Shown here piece by piece: positions 30,147 through 39,532 of a DNA stretch of 64,000 nt. The notes under the pieces are model-generated. The model was given only the letters and a program-made list of their open reading frames with translations. It had not been told where the DNA came from and did not search any database. Made by a program: the position numbers and the translations under genes. Position 1 is the first letter of the stretch, and each line of letters opens with the position of its first letter. Source of the stretch: Bdellovibrionales bacterium (GTDB lineage: Bacteria > Bdellovibrionota > Bdellovibrionia > Bdellovibrionales > UBA1609); NCBI GenBank assembly GCA_019695175.1, contig JAIBAM010000012.1:24-64023 (forward strand), in the 5' to 3' direction.

Positions 30147-31254
30147 AGAATTGGTTCTTATTGCTGCAGGAGGAACTGGTGGACACATTTATCCAGCCCT
30201 CGCTATAGCGGCATCGTTAAAGAAAATGTTTCCTAATTTGGATGTTGAATTTGTAGGTTCTCCCATCGGTTTGGAAAACAAACTGGTGCCAAGGGAAGGC
30301 TTTACCCTTCATTCTCTTAAAGTGGGTCGACTTAATAATAATGTGAGTCCAACTGAAAGATTAAAAACTTTATTGAGCCTTCCGATTTTATTATTCAAAG
30401 CTTTTTTACTGGTGAGAAGAAAAAAACCAAAATTTATACTCGGAGTGGGGGGAGCGGTTACAGGTCCTGTCGTCTTAGCCGGGATTTTATCTAAGATACC
30501 TACCTTTATTTGGGAACCCAATGCTCATCCTGGTTTAGCCAATAGATGGTTATCCCCTTGGGTTACAGAGTGTCTTTTGGTTTTCAAAGCTGCGGCAAAG
30601 AAAATATCCACCCGTAGAGTTTCCATTGTAGGTATGCCGGTGCGAGAGGAGCTAAAAAGTTTGCCGCGAAAAGTTTTGCCATCAGGTTTAAAAAAGGAAG
30701 TTTCTGTTGCGGCAGAACAATTCAAGGTGTTTATCTTTGGTGGAAGTCAAGGATCCCGCGCTATTAACAATATTGTCAGCCAAGCAATCATTGAAGGTGG
30801 GGATTGGATTCATAATGTCACATTTATCCATCAGACGGGTCCTACAGACTTCCAAAGAATTCGTCAAATTTATGCTCAAGGGAAGTACCCAGTTGAAGTG
30901 ATGGACTATGTTTATGATATGAACACAAAATACCAGTGGGCTGATGTGGTGGTGAGCCGCAGTGGATTTGGAACCATAGCCGAGTTGGCCACATGTCAAA
31001 AAGCTTCTATTTTGATTCCTCTTCCCACCGCCTCTGATAATCATCAACAGGCCAATGCGGAGGTTTTAGTGGAAAAAAATGCAACCATTATGATTTTACA
31101 AAAAGAATTTACCGTGGATCGATTTAAAGAAATGATATTGTATTTAAAAAATAATCCAAAACAGGTGGAAATGTTGGAAGAGAATGTCGCCCAGTTTTAT
31201 CAACCCAATGCTGCTCAAAATATTGCAAAGCATTTAATGGAGGCATCTAAATAG
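30139..31254 (+). CDS. murG: UDP-N-acetylglucosamine--N-acetylmuramyl-(pentapeptide) pyrophosphoryl-undecaprenol GlcNAc transferase
   Basis: 'AAGGTGGHIYPALAIA' N-terminus and 'SRSGFGTIAELA', in dcw context. Confidence 0.92.
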   Translation: MNKELVLIAAGGTGGHIYPALAIAASLKKMFPNLDVEFVGSPIGLENKLVPREGFTLHSLKVGRLNNNVSPTERLKTLLSLPILLFKAFLLVRRKKPKFILGVGGAVTGPVVLAGILSKIPTFIWEPNAHPGLANRWLSPWVTECLLVFKAAAKKISTRRVSIVGMPVREELKSLPRKVLPSGLKKEVSVAAEQFKVFIFGGSQGSRAINNIVSQAIIEGGDWIHNVTFIHQTGPTDFQRIRQIYAQGKYPVEVMDYVYDMNTKYQWADVVVSRSGFGTIAELATCQKASILIPLPTASDNHQQANAEVLVEKNATIMILQKEFTVDRFKEMILYLKNNPKQVEMLEENVAQFYQPNAAQNIAKHLMEASK

Positions 31255-32621
31255 TGAGTCTGCCTCAATCGCGCCTTACTCAGGCGAAAGTTCATTTTAT
31301 AGGAATCGGTGGAATTGGAATGAGTGGCCTTGCAGAGCTTCTTCACAATATGGGTGCACATGTGACCGGAAGTGACAGTCAAGAAAATATACAAACACAA
31401 CGTCTTCGTGATTTAGGAATCTCGATTTATCTTGGGCAAAAGCCACAAAACCTTTCTCAAGCTGAAGTGGTGGTCTACTCTAGCGCTGTTAAGGCCGACA
31501 ACCCAGAGTATCAAGAAGCGTTTAGAAAAAAAATTCCTCTCATCCGACGGGCGGAGGCCTTAGCAGAAATTATGCGTCTTAAAAGAGGGATTGGAATTGC
31601 CGGCACTCATGGAAAAACCACCACAACGAGTTTGACCGCATCTATTTTTTTAGGTTCCCATTTTGATCCAACCATTGTTGTAGGGGGTAGATTAGATATC
31701 ATTAAGTCTACAGCCTTGTTAGGACAAGGGGAGTGGATTATCGCAGAGGCAGATGAAAGTGATGGAAGTTTCACTCGCCTTTCACCAGAAATTGTAGTGA
31801 TCACCAATGTCGATAACGATCACCTGGATCACTATGGAAGTATGGGAGCCCTACGTCGGGCCTTTTATGATTTTGCCCTTCGCATTCCTTTTTATGGAAC
31901 CGCCATTATTTGTGGAGATGATTTGGAAGTGCGACGACTTTTTCACGACTTTCCTAAGAAAAAAATATTTTATGGATTTTCACCTGAAAATGATGTGGTG
32001 GTTAGTGGAAGCAATAACAATTATTTAATAAAATTCTCTGAAAACTATTGTTGTGAATTAAAATTGCCCCTTCCGGGAAAGCATAATGTATTAAATGCAA
32101 CCGCTTCGCTTTTGGTGGCTCAGGAAGCTGGAATTCCCTTAGATCTGGGGTTAAAGGCCGTGGGCGAGTTTAAAGGCGTGGACCGTCGTTTTCAACATAA
32201 GGCCTCAATCCGTGGGATAGATTTTTTTGATGATTATGGACACCATCCCACAGAGGTGGCTGCCGTCATTAGTGGTTGCAGAGAAAAATATCCTCAGCGC
32301 CGTCAAATTGTTTTATTTCAACCCCACCGTTACTCGAGAACAAAAATTTGCTGGGAAAGTTTTTTAGATTGTTTTTATGGGGCCGACAAAGTTTTTCTTT
32401 TAGATATATATCCTGCTGGGGAAAAGCCGATGCTCGAGATCAGCTCCAAGCTTTTGTCACAAGCTGTACGGCACACTGATTGTCAGTATCTTTCAAGAGA
32501 CCATGATGAATATTTATCGATTTTACAAAAGGAACTACGGCCAGGTGATATATTGATTACCTTAGGTGCGGGGGATGTTTATAAGCTTGGTGAAAAACTC
32601 ATGGATCTATTAAATAAATGA
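31254..32621 (+). CDS. murC: UDP-N-acetylmuramate--L-alanine ligase
   Basis: 'HFIGIGGIGMSGLAELL' and 'GTHGKTTTTSL' Mur ligase motifs. GTG start overlaps the murG stop. Confidence 0.92.
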   Translation: MSLPQSRLTQAKVHFIGIGGIGMSGLAELLHNMGAHVTGSDSQENIQTQRLRDLGISIYLGQKPQNLSQAEVVVYSSAVKADNPEYQEAFRKKIPLIRRAEALAEIMRLKRGIGIAGTHGKTTTTSLTASIFLGSHFDPTIVVGGRLDIIKSTALLGQGEWIIAEADESDGSFTRLSPEIVVITNVDNDHLDHYGSMGALRRAFYDFALRIPFYGTAIICGDDLEVRRLFHDFPKKKIFYGFSPENDVVVSGSNNNYLIKFSENYCCELKLPLPGKHNVLNATASLLVAQEAGIPLDLGLKAVGEFKGVDRRFQHKASIRGIDFFDDYGHHPTEVAAVISGCREKYPQRRQIVLFQPHRYSRTKICWESFLDCFYGADKVFLLDIYPAGEKPMLEISSKLLSQAVRHTDCQYLSRDHDEYLSILQKELRPGDILITLGAGDVYKLGEKLMDLLNK

Positions 32622-33559
32622 AGAACTTCAGTATTGACGAAAATGTTTCTTTAGCCTCTTACACTTGGTGGAAAATAGGTGGAAAGGCCGATTACTTTGC
32701 CAGTCCTAAAACTTTAAAGGAACTAGAAGAGGTTTTAATTTGGGTTTATAAAAAAAAAATTCCCCTCACTCTTTTGGGTGGTGGTTCCAATGCCTTAATA
32801 AGTGATCAAGGAATTGCAGGTCTTACCTTGGCAACAAGGCAGCTAAATGGCATTGAATCGGTGGAGGAGACTCATCAACATTCACAAAAAAAATTAACTA
32901 TTGTTTGTTTATCAGGAACGAATAAATCCGAATTATTTAAAATTTTTATGCAACACAAATTATCTCCAGCTCAATTCCTCTGCGGCATTCCTGGAGAAGT
33001 GGGTGGAGGCATTGCTATGAATGCAGGTGTGGGGGAAAATCTCTTACCAAGAGAGTTTGTTGAAATTGTAGACTGGATAGAGGTGATGGGAGTTGAAGAA
33101 AAAAACTTTCAATCTCCAACTGTTTTCGTAAAACGAATGAATCGCTCTGAATTGCAGTGGAGTTACAGGAGCTGTTTGGGATGGCAACCGGGAGTCATTG
33201 TCCGCGCATGCTTAAGTTGGCCCCTTCAGCCGGACTTAGGTCTCATGCAAAAAGTAAGGGAAGCGACGAGACAAAGAAAGCAAAAACAACCTTTGAATCA
33301 ACCCAGCGCCGGATCTGTTTTTAGAAATCCTCCGGGTCATAAAGCGGGTGCACTCATTGAGCAGTCTGGACTTAAGGGATTTCAAATAGGGCAAGCTCAG
33401 GTTTCACCAAAACACGCGAACTTTATTGTAAATTTGGGTGGAGCTAAAGCGGATGAAGTCTTTCAGGTGATCTCCCATGTAAAAAAAGAAGTATTGAGAC
33501 AGCACGGGGTTTTATTAGAAACTGAAATTAAATTTCTTGGCCGAGGATGGACAGACTAG
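32618..33559 (+). CDS. murB: UDP-N-acetylenolpyruvoylglucosamine reductase
   Basis: 'WKIGGKADYF', 'LGGGSNALI' and 'AGSVFRNP' motifs. Overlaps the murC stop (ATGA). Confidence 0.9.
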   Translation: MKNFSIDENVSLASYTWWKIGGKADYFASPKTLKELEEVLIWVYKKKIPLTLLGGGSNALISDQGIAGLTLATRQLNGIESVEETHQHSQKKLTIVCLSGTNKSELFKIFMQHKLSPAQFLCGIPGEVGGGIAMNAGVGENLLPREFVEIVDWIEVMGVEEKNFQSPTVFVKRMNRSELQWSYRSCLGWQPGVIVRACLSWPLQPDLGLMQKVREATRQRKQKQPLNQPSAGSVFRNPPGHKAGALIEQSGLKGFQIGQAQVSPKHANFIVNLGGAKADEVFQVISHVKKEVLRQHGVLLETEIKFLGRGWTD

Positions 33560-33632
33560 GCCCTTGACTAGTTAAATAGAAAATATTTTGTCTATGCTGT
33601 CGCTTATTTCTTTAATTTCATAAGATAGAAAA

Positions 33633-34235
33633 ATGTTTCTGCAACAAAATTTTAAAAATTGGAATATGTCTCTTCCTTCACAGAGAATTTATAAGTTTAT
33701 AGATCGGGACTTTCAAATTCGCTACATGGGAATGGTTGTTTCGGCTTCTCTGTTGGGGGGGCTTATTGCAGGATTGCCTATCTATTATTATCTAGATCAG
33801 AATTACATAGTTTTTATTGAGTTAGCGCAACAATATTCACCTCAAATTATCACTCACTTGGAAAGAGAACGAGTTTGGGTGAGTTCTCTTTTGATTATTA
33901 GTTTTAGTGGATTGGCAGCCTTTTTTATGTTTTTAAGTTATAAGCTAACGGGAAGAATTATTGGGCCTTTGCGGGTTTTAAGGAATCACTTGCGGCAAAT
34001 GAGTCGGGGAAAATGGTTTTTGCCACCGGTGAAAGTTCGACAAACCGATGAATTTCAGGATTTGATAGATTCTTATAATTATTTTTACGAATCCTTCCGT
34101 ACCCATCTTCGCCAAGACCTGGAACTTCTAAAAAAACTTAAGGTAGATCAGGAACATAGGGAGTCCTACTTTATTTGGAAAAGTATGATTGAGGATAAGA
34201 CCTCGCAGTTAGAAAAAAGTAGTGAAAGAGTTTAA
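33633..34235 (+). CDS. Two-TM membrane protein with a HAMP-like linker
   Basis: Two hydrophobic helices followed by 'LTGRIIGPLRVLRNHLRQMSRGKW'. There is no output domain. Confidence 0.5.
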   Translation: MFLQQNFKNWNMSLPSQRIYKFIDRDFQIRYMGMVVSASLLGGLIAGLPIYYYLDQNYIVFIELAQQYSPQIITHLERERVWVSSLLIISFSGLAAFFMFLSYKLTGRIIGPLRVLRNHLRQMSRGKWFLPPVKVRQTDEFQDLIDSYNYFYESFRTHLRQDLELLKKLKVDQEHRESYFIWKSMIEDKTSQLEKSSERV

Positions 34236-34269
34236 ACGCAAACTTTTCCAAGCAATCTCTTGGTTGAGT

Positions 34270-34731
34270 CTACTTTTTCATATGTCGTAATCGACTTTGT
34301 ACTTGGCGATTTGCTTCGCGTTGTTTAATGGACTCCCTTTTGTCGGAAGCTTGCTTTCCCTTAACCAGTGCAATTTCTAATTTGGCCCTTCCATTCTTAA
34401 AATATATTTTAAGAGGGACACAGGCTAATCCCCGTTCTCGTAGTTTAGCGGAAAGATTGTCCAACTCTTGACGGTTCATAAGAAGTTTTCTTTTTCGTTC
34501 CGGCTCATGATTGTTATAGCTGGAGGCTTGTAATACTGAAATGTGCATTTTCAAAATGTAAGCTTCTTCGTTCATGAAATAAATGTAGGAATCTTTTAAA
34601 GAACAGGAATTTAACCTTAATGATTTTACTTCACTTCCAGAAAGAACGAGTCCTGCTTCGTAGGTTTCTATAATATGGTAATCATAACGGGCCTTTTTAT
34701 TCTCTGAAATGATCTTAATGGACATTCTCAA
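34270..34731 (-). CDS. smpB: SsrA-binding protein
   Basis: 'NKKARYDYHIIETYEAGLVLSGSEVKSLR' and the basic C-terminal tail are canonical SmpB. Confidence 0.92.
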   Translation of the reverse strand: MRMSIKIISENKKARYDYHIIETYEAGLVLSGSEVKSLRLNSCSLKDSYIYFMNEEAYILKMHISVLQASSYNNHEPERKRKLLMNRQELDNLSAKLRERGLACVPLKIYFKNGRAKLEIALVKGKQASDKRESIKQREANRQVQSRLRHMKK

Positions 34732-35570
34732 CCGCCTTTAAGGGTTTCTCTGTAGATTTGAAAGAGCTTTTGAAACTGGGGAACCGAGAGTTCTTCGGCG
34801 CGTGCTTTTTGATTTTCCCCAATTGATTCCAACCAAAGGCCAATTTGTTGTAGCGTCAATTGTTTGGGTGAGCTTAGTGCCATTAAATTTTTGCTGAGGA
34901 ACTTTCGCCGTTGAGCAAAGGCTAATTTTAAAAAATTAAAAAAAGGTTTTTCCAATCCTGGGAAAGGGGGTTCCATTTTTTCAAATACCAAAACTCGACT
35001 GGAAATTTTAGGTGCAGGCCAAAAAGATCCAGGGTCCACATCGATAAGCTTAGTGATCTTCCAATGGGACTGGGAAATGATACTTAAAAAGCCATAAGAT
35101 TTACTTCTGGGTTTAGCTAAAATTCTTTCAGCCACTTCTTTTTGGAACATGAGGATCATGAATTTAATTTGCGAGGGACCAAAGCATCGATCTACAACTA
35201 AATGGGTTGATATTTGATAGGGCAGATTACTCACCAAAGTGGTGTCACAATTTAAATTTAAACGACTCCAGTCCAGTTTAAGCGCATCATTTTCAATAAC
35301 ATGTAATCCTTGTTGTCGCCAAAAACGGGCCAACTGGGCATCCAATTCAATAACCTGTAAATTTATTCTATTTAAATTTTTAAGCCCCTCAGTGAGGGCT
35401 CCTAACCCTGGACCAATCTCAATAATAGAGGGTGAGTTTTTAAGGATCACTTCGGTAATTATTTTTGAGACCACGTGTTCGTTAATAAGAAAGTTTTGTC
35501 CCAAGGATTTTTGAGGGCGAATTCCCAATTCGATCATACGATTTTTTGTTTGTTGAGTTAGTTCTGACAT
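34728..35570 (-). CDS. rsmA: 16S rRNA (adenine1518/1519-N6)-dimethyltransferase
   Basis: 'KSLGQNFL' and 'EIGPGLGALT' motifs. ATG at 35570 (MSELTQQ...) is preferred over the track start at 35657 and overlaps the tsaD end by 13 nt. Confidence 0.88.
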   Translation of the reverse strand: MSELTQQTKNRMIELGIRPQKSLGQNFLINEHVVSKIITEVILKNSPSIIEIGPGLGALTEGLKNLNRINLQVIELDAQLARFWRQQGLHVIENDALKLDWSRLNLNCDTTLVSNLPYQISTHLVVDRCFGPSQIKFMILMFQKEVAERILAKPRSKSYGFLSIISQSHWKITKLIDVDPGSFWPAPKISSRVLVFEKMEPPFPGLEKPFFNFLKLAFAQRRKFLSKNLMALSSPKQLTLQQIGLWLESIGENQKARAEELSVPQFQKLFQIYRETLKGG

Positions 35571-36619
35571 AATGGTGCCTCTGTGAAATCTTCCGGAAGG
35601 GATCTGGAAAAAACACCTAGGGACAATGAGGATCTCTCGCCCCGATTCAATCTCCATAGGCCCGCCAAACCAATCATAGCAGCGTTGTCCGTGCAGAAGC
35701 GTAACGGAGGATAAATAACTTGTAACCCCTTAGTTTGAGCCAGAACAAGGGCCTGTTCACGAAGTCGAGAATTGGCGCTGACTCCCCCTGTAATTGCAAT
35801 TTTATTTATACCAGTAAGTGTCACAGCGGAGTCGATTTTTTTTATTAAAACATCCACTATGGCTTCTTGGTAACTGGCACAAAGATCTTGTTTTAAACTT
35901 AAGTTTAATGGCTGCTCAAATTGAGTCAGAAGTCTTTGAGCAGCCGCTTTAAGACCTGAAAAACTAAAATCCAGATTTTTTTCATGGAACATCCCCCTAG
36001 GGAAAGAGAATTTATCCCTTTGTCCCTTACTTGCCAATTGATCTACAAGGACCCCTCCCGGATAACCAAGTCCGACAAGTTTAGCAAATTTATCAAAGGC
36101 TTCACCAGAAGCATCGTCTCGTGTTCGACCAATGATTTCATAGTTACCAAATGTTTTAACTACCACCAGTTGGGTGTGTCCTCCACTTACAATTAAGGCC
36201 AAATAAGGAAAGGCAAAGTCCTTTGGAGGAGCATAGGTAGAGTCTTTGAGCAGTGGGGCTACAATGTGTCCTTCAATATGATTGATTCCTACGAGGGGAA
36301 GATTTTTGCTCAAGGCTAGGGTTTTTCCAGCTATCAGTCCCACCATGAGTGAGCCAATCAGTCCAGGTCGATTGGTCACTGCAATTCCTTGAATGCTCTC
36401 CCAAGTGACATGGGATTTTTCCAAGGCCTTTTCAATCAGCGGAAGAATAAATTGGGTGTGATTACGACTTGCCAACTCGGGTACAATTCCACCAAATGGC
36501 GCATGAACAATATCTTGATTGGCCATACAAACTGACTGCACAAATCCCTCTCCATCTATAATGGCTACAGAAGTATCATCGCAGCTGGTTTCAATGGATA
36601 AAATATATTTAAAACCCAT
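35558..36619 (-). CDS. tsaD: tRNA N6-threonylcarbamoyladenosine synthase TsaD
   Basis: 'LSIETSCDDTSVAI', 'GINHIEGH' and 'VSGGHT' motifs. Confidence 0.92.
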   Translation of the reverse strand: MGFKYILSIETSCDDTSVAIIDGEGFVQSVCMANQDIVHAPFGGIVPELASRNHTQFILPLIEKALEKSHVTWESIQGIAVTNRPGLIGSLMVGLIAGKTLALSKNLPLVGINHIEGHIVAPLLKDSTYAPPKDFAFPYLALIVSGGHTQLVVVKTFGNYEIIGRTRDDASGEAFDKFAKLVGLGYPGGVLVDQLASKGQRDKFSFPRGMFHEKNLDFSFSGLKAAAQRLLTQFEQPLNLSLKQDLCASYQEAIVDVLIKKIDSAVTLTGINKIAITGGVSANSRLREQALVLAQTKGLQVIYPPLRFCTDNAAMIGLAGLWRLNRGERSSLSLGVFSRSLPEDFTEAPLCQN

Positions 36620-36656
36620 GGGATCATTCTCGCTCGAATCTATGAATTATAAGTCC

Positions 36657-37319
36657 TCATTTTAAGGACTGTAATTTGCTCTGGGCCTTTTTAGCTTCTT
36701 TACTGGAAGGAAATTGGTTGACGACTTCCTGAAAGTGAAATTTGGCTGCATCTTTCATCCCCAACTCTAAAAATGAAAGTCCCATCTTTAAAGTGGCCAA
36801 GGAGACACTTTTACCCTTGGGATTTGCTTTACGGTAATTATCATAATCTGCAATGGCTTTTTTCCATTCCTTATGATTAAAAGCTTCTTCCGCAGAAGAT
36901 AAATAATTTTTATTTTTGTTTGCACTCAAGCTGTTTTGTAGGTTTGTTTTTAGATCCGCAATTTCCACAGTGAGGTTTTGAATGTTGGTATCTAAAAGAT
37001 GCAAACTATCCTCAAATATTTTAATTTTTTGATCTAAACTTTCTTTCTCTTGGGTGAAGTTGTGTTCCTTCTTCTCTGTTGATATTTGCAGTTGTTTGAA
37101 TTTATTTTCCAAAACTTCGATCTTCCCACTGAGCTCTCTGAACTGGATTTCATGATCGTCCAATCGTGCTTCGGTTTGAGCCTTTTGTTCTTGGGCGGCA
37201 TTGGGTAGACTACGAGAAATGTCTGTGTTTTTAAGTTCAGAGCGAGTGGTTAGACATCCCGAAAGGCTTACGAAAATAAACAGAGGCAAGAAAGATCGGA
37301 GGGATACAAAATATGACAT
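36657..37319 (-). CDS. Tol-Pal-associated YbgF/CpoB-like lipoprotein (coiled coil plus TPR-like C-terminus)
   Basis: Lipobox 'SLSGC', a long coiled coil, and a C-terminal region 'AFNHKEWKKAIADYDNYRKANPKGK...FQEVVNQFPSSKEAKKAQSKL' resembling YbgF. Located downstream of pal. Confidence 0.65.
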   Translation of the reverse strand: MSYFVSLRSFLPLFIFVSLSGCLTTRSELKNTDISRSLPNAAQEQKAQTEARLDDHEIQFRELSGKIEVLENKFKQLQISTEKKEHNFTQEKESLDQKIKIFEDSLHLLDTNIQNLTVEIADLKTNLQNSLSANKNKNYLSSAEEAFNHKEWKKAIADYDNYRKANPKGKSVSLATLKMGLSFLELGMKDAAKFHFQEVVNQFPSSKEAKKAQSKLQSLK

Positions 37320-37624
37320 TACAGAGTTTCTCCTGTTTCAAATTTTTTGAGTCTGGAGGCGTTCTCTGCCTTTTCTGAGTACTCGATGGCACGTAGAAAA
37401 CAAGCCCGGGCGGACTCATTATCCTTCTCTAGAAGCAACTTTTGTCCTTTTCTATATTGTTCGTCAGAGCGCAACCATAATCCAGAAGCCAGCCTTTCGG
37501 CTCCAGAGTCGTGAGCTGCCATAACAGCAGCTCTCGCTAAAGTGTATTCTTCAATTGGCAGTGGTGCAACACAACCTATTGTACTTAAAAAAATACATAA
37601 TAGAATTAAAAGGGCGTATTTCAG
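37319..37624 (-). CDS. Small lipoprotein (DUF4398-like), probable CTG start; only partly present in the ORF track
   Basis: Extending the 67-aa ORF upstream gives (M/L)KYALLILLCIFLSTIGC-VAPLPIEEYTLARAAV.... There is GAGG 9 nt upstream of the CTG at 37624 and an in-frame TAA two codons upstream of the CTG. The stop overlaps the ybgF-like ATG (TAATG), and the start lies 22 nt after the pal stop. Confidence 0.5.
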   Translation of the reverse strand: MKYALLILLCIFLSTIGCVAPLPIEEYTLARAAVMAAHDSGAERLASGLWLRSDEQYRKGQKLLLEKDNESARACFLRAIEYSEKAENASRLKKFETGETL

Positions 37625-37646
37625 GGATTATGACCTCAAAAATCAC

Positions 37647-38162
37647 TTACTTTGTAAGTGGAACAAAATTGGCCCGACGATTTTTGGCGTAATCGGCTTC
37701 TGCATCACCTGAGGCAAGAGGTTTCTCTTTTCCATAGCTAATCACAGACAATCTTTTTCCATCAATTCCCAAACTTACAAGGTATTTTTTTACGGCTTGA
37801 GCTCGGCGTTCACCCAATGCCAAGTTGTACTCCACAGTGCCACGGGAATCACAGTGACCTTCGACTTGCACAGAAACATTTTTGTTTTCTTTGATCCAAC
37901 CCGCATTATCCGCCAATTTCTTTCGACTTTCGGGACTGAGTGAAGACTTGTCGTACTCAAAATTAATTGAACTTAATCCTGCAATAGACCCCGAATCACT
38001 GCCAGCAGAGTCGTAGGTCATTTCTTTACTTGCAATCCCAGCGTCTGGGTTACCTTCCCCGGCTCCGGTTCCAGCTGTGTCTTCAGCTTTTTTTTTGCTA
38101 CTGCAAGCAGCCATAGCAACAATCAACGCACTCATAAGAAAAAACTTTGTCAAATTCTTCAT
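37647..38162 (-). CDS. pal: Peptidoglycan-associated lipoprotein (OmpA-family)
   Basis: Lipobox 'AMAACSS' and an OmpA-like C-terminal domain: 'NFEYDKSSL...VEGHCDSRGTVEYNLALGERRAQAV'. Confidence 0.9.
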   Translation of the reverse strand: MKNLTKFFLMSALIVAMAACSSKKKAEDTAGTGAGEGNPDAGIASKEMTYDSAGSDSGSIAGLSSINFEYDKSSLSPESRKKLADNAGWIKENKNVSVQVEGHCDSRGTVEYNLALGERRAQAVKKYLVSLGIDGKRLSVISYGKEKPLASGDAEADYAKNRRANFVPLTK

Positions 38163-38402
38163 CCTTCACTCCCATAGGCAAAAAATATTTTTTTCTATAT
38201 TTAGGGAGTCTTTGGGGAATGTCAACAACGCAGCCATAGAGCTGGTTCGGAAATGCTGCGTCCTGCTACCACTGGGATAAACTGTCTAAAAAATTAAAAA
38301 TTTGTCCGAAGTCCGAACTGTTTTTATTTTGTAATCATTTACCTTCTTTGCTGGCTCCTCGCTCAATCTTTGCAAATTGAATTTTAAAAACGGAGGACTG
38401 TA

Positions 38403-38780
38403 ATGCGAAGTTTAAATAAAGTTTTTTTACTAGGACGTGTGGGACAAAATCCAGAGTTACAAACAGCGAAGTCAGGTCAGCAATATACAAAATTAAGTAT
38501 TGCCACTCAAAGAAGTTGGAAAAATCAAGAAGGTAAATGGCAAGAGGCTTCTGATTGGCACTCGGTTATGGTGTGGGGGTCCCAAGCAAAGCTTTGTGTT
38601 GAAGGAATAGAAAAAGGTTCTCTCGTTTTTGTGGAGGGAGTCATCACCACTTATTCTGCTTCAGATAGTGAGGGACAAAAAGAATTGAAACAAAGTATCA
38701 GTGGTCATCGTGTTTCATTTTTTACAACCAAAGCTAGAAAAGTTTTCCAAGAAAGACTTCCCGAATTAGATACAGCTTAA
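38403..38780 (+). CDS. ssb: Single-stranded DNA-binding protein, short form without the canonical acidic tip
   Basis: OB-fold N-terminus 'LNKVFLLGRVGQNPEL...W..V.VWG'. Only 125 aa, ending ...RLPELDTA instead of D-D-(D/I)-P-F. Confidence 0.8.
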   Translation: MRSLNKVFLLGRVGQNPELQTAKSGQQYTKLSIATQRSWKNQEGKWQEASDWHSVMVWGSQAKLCVEGIEKGSLVFVEGVITTYSASDSEGQKELKQSISGHRVSFFTTKARKVFQERLPELDTA

Positions 38781-38810
38781 AAACTTCCTGAATTCGATAC
38801 CGCTTAAAAA
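38757..38810. repeat. 27-bp imperfect tandem duplication spanning the ssb stop codon
   Basis: cttcccgaattagatacagcttaaaaa / cttcctgaattcgataccgcttaaaaa. The second copy would re-encode LPEFDTA-stop. Confidence 0.85.
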
Positions 38811-39031
38811 AAGGACTTCAAAGTTTTCAGATATTTTAAATGGGATATCTGGGGCGGTAAAGCCCATGGCAACTGACGCGGCATCTCCGAGTCAGTTCTG
38901 AATGCTAAAAGTGGATTTATACAGACAAAATCCCGCCCCCCTTGACATTTTTAATTTAGAAATGGATCATATGCTGTGGCGCAGCGATCAAAGCCGTTTT
39001 CTGGGTGCCACATCGACTGGGGGGGCAACCA

Positions 39032-39532
39032 ATGGAAAAAATGAATTGGATTAAGGATTTAGTTATAGCTGAACAACAGATGGAAGATACAGGCATGGTC
39101 GATATGACGGCTGGTTTTGATCCTGAACGAGAATTGGAGGAAGCTTCCCTTGAATTTATGACAGATCTTAAAACGGCTTTTGTTGAAGCTGCGGCAACCT
39201 TTAACCAACTCAAAGGCTCTTCTGTTGGAACTATAAAAATCTACGGGATTTCAAAAACCAAAGCAGATTTTATGCTTTTCCGGAACAGTTATAAATTAAT
39301 ATTTGCCCTTAAAAACCCAGGGCTGATTTCCATTTCATTTAATTCCACATCGGCACTTTATGTTCCTGGGCAGGGAGCCTCCGAACCCACATCCTTAGGT
39401 CCTATGGAAACACTTAAGGCCCGGTGGGGTGCTTATGGTGAACTGATATGGACCTCAAATGACATGCAAATTAATATCGACTACCTCATACGTTACTATA
39501 TGTGCCGCTTTGTAAGAGAAAGTACGAAGTAA
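39032..39532 (+). CDS. Hypothetical protein
   Basis: ORF with ATG at 39032 (track start is GTG at 39005). No recognised motif. Confidence 0.5.
   Translation: MEKMNWIKDLVIAEQQMEDTGMVDMTAGFDPERELEEASLEFMTDLKTAFVEAAATFNQLKGSSVGTIKIYGISKTKADFMLFRNSYKLIFALKNPGLISISFNSTSALYVPGQGASEPTSLGPMETLKARWGAYGELIWTSNDMQINIDYLIRYYMCRFVRESTK

Noticed and set aside
37319-37522. The 67-aa ATG-initiated ORF as the full gene between pal and the ybgF-like gene
   Set aside because: The upstream in-frame extension encodes a complete lipoprotein signal peptide with an SD-like GAGG. The short version would lack any targeting signal and would leave about 100 nt of unexplained open frame.
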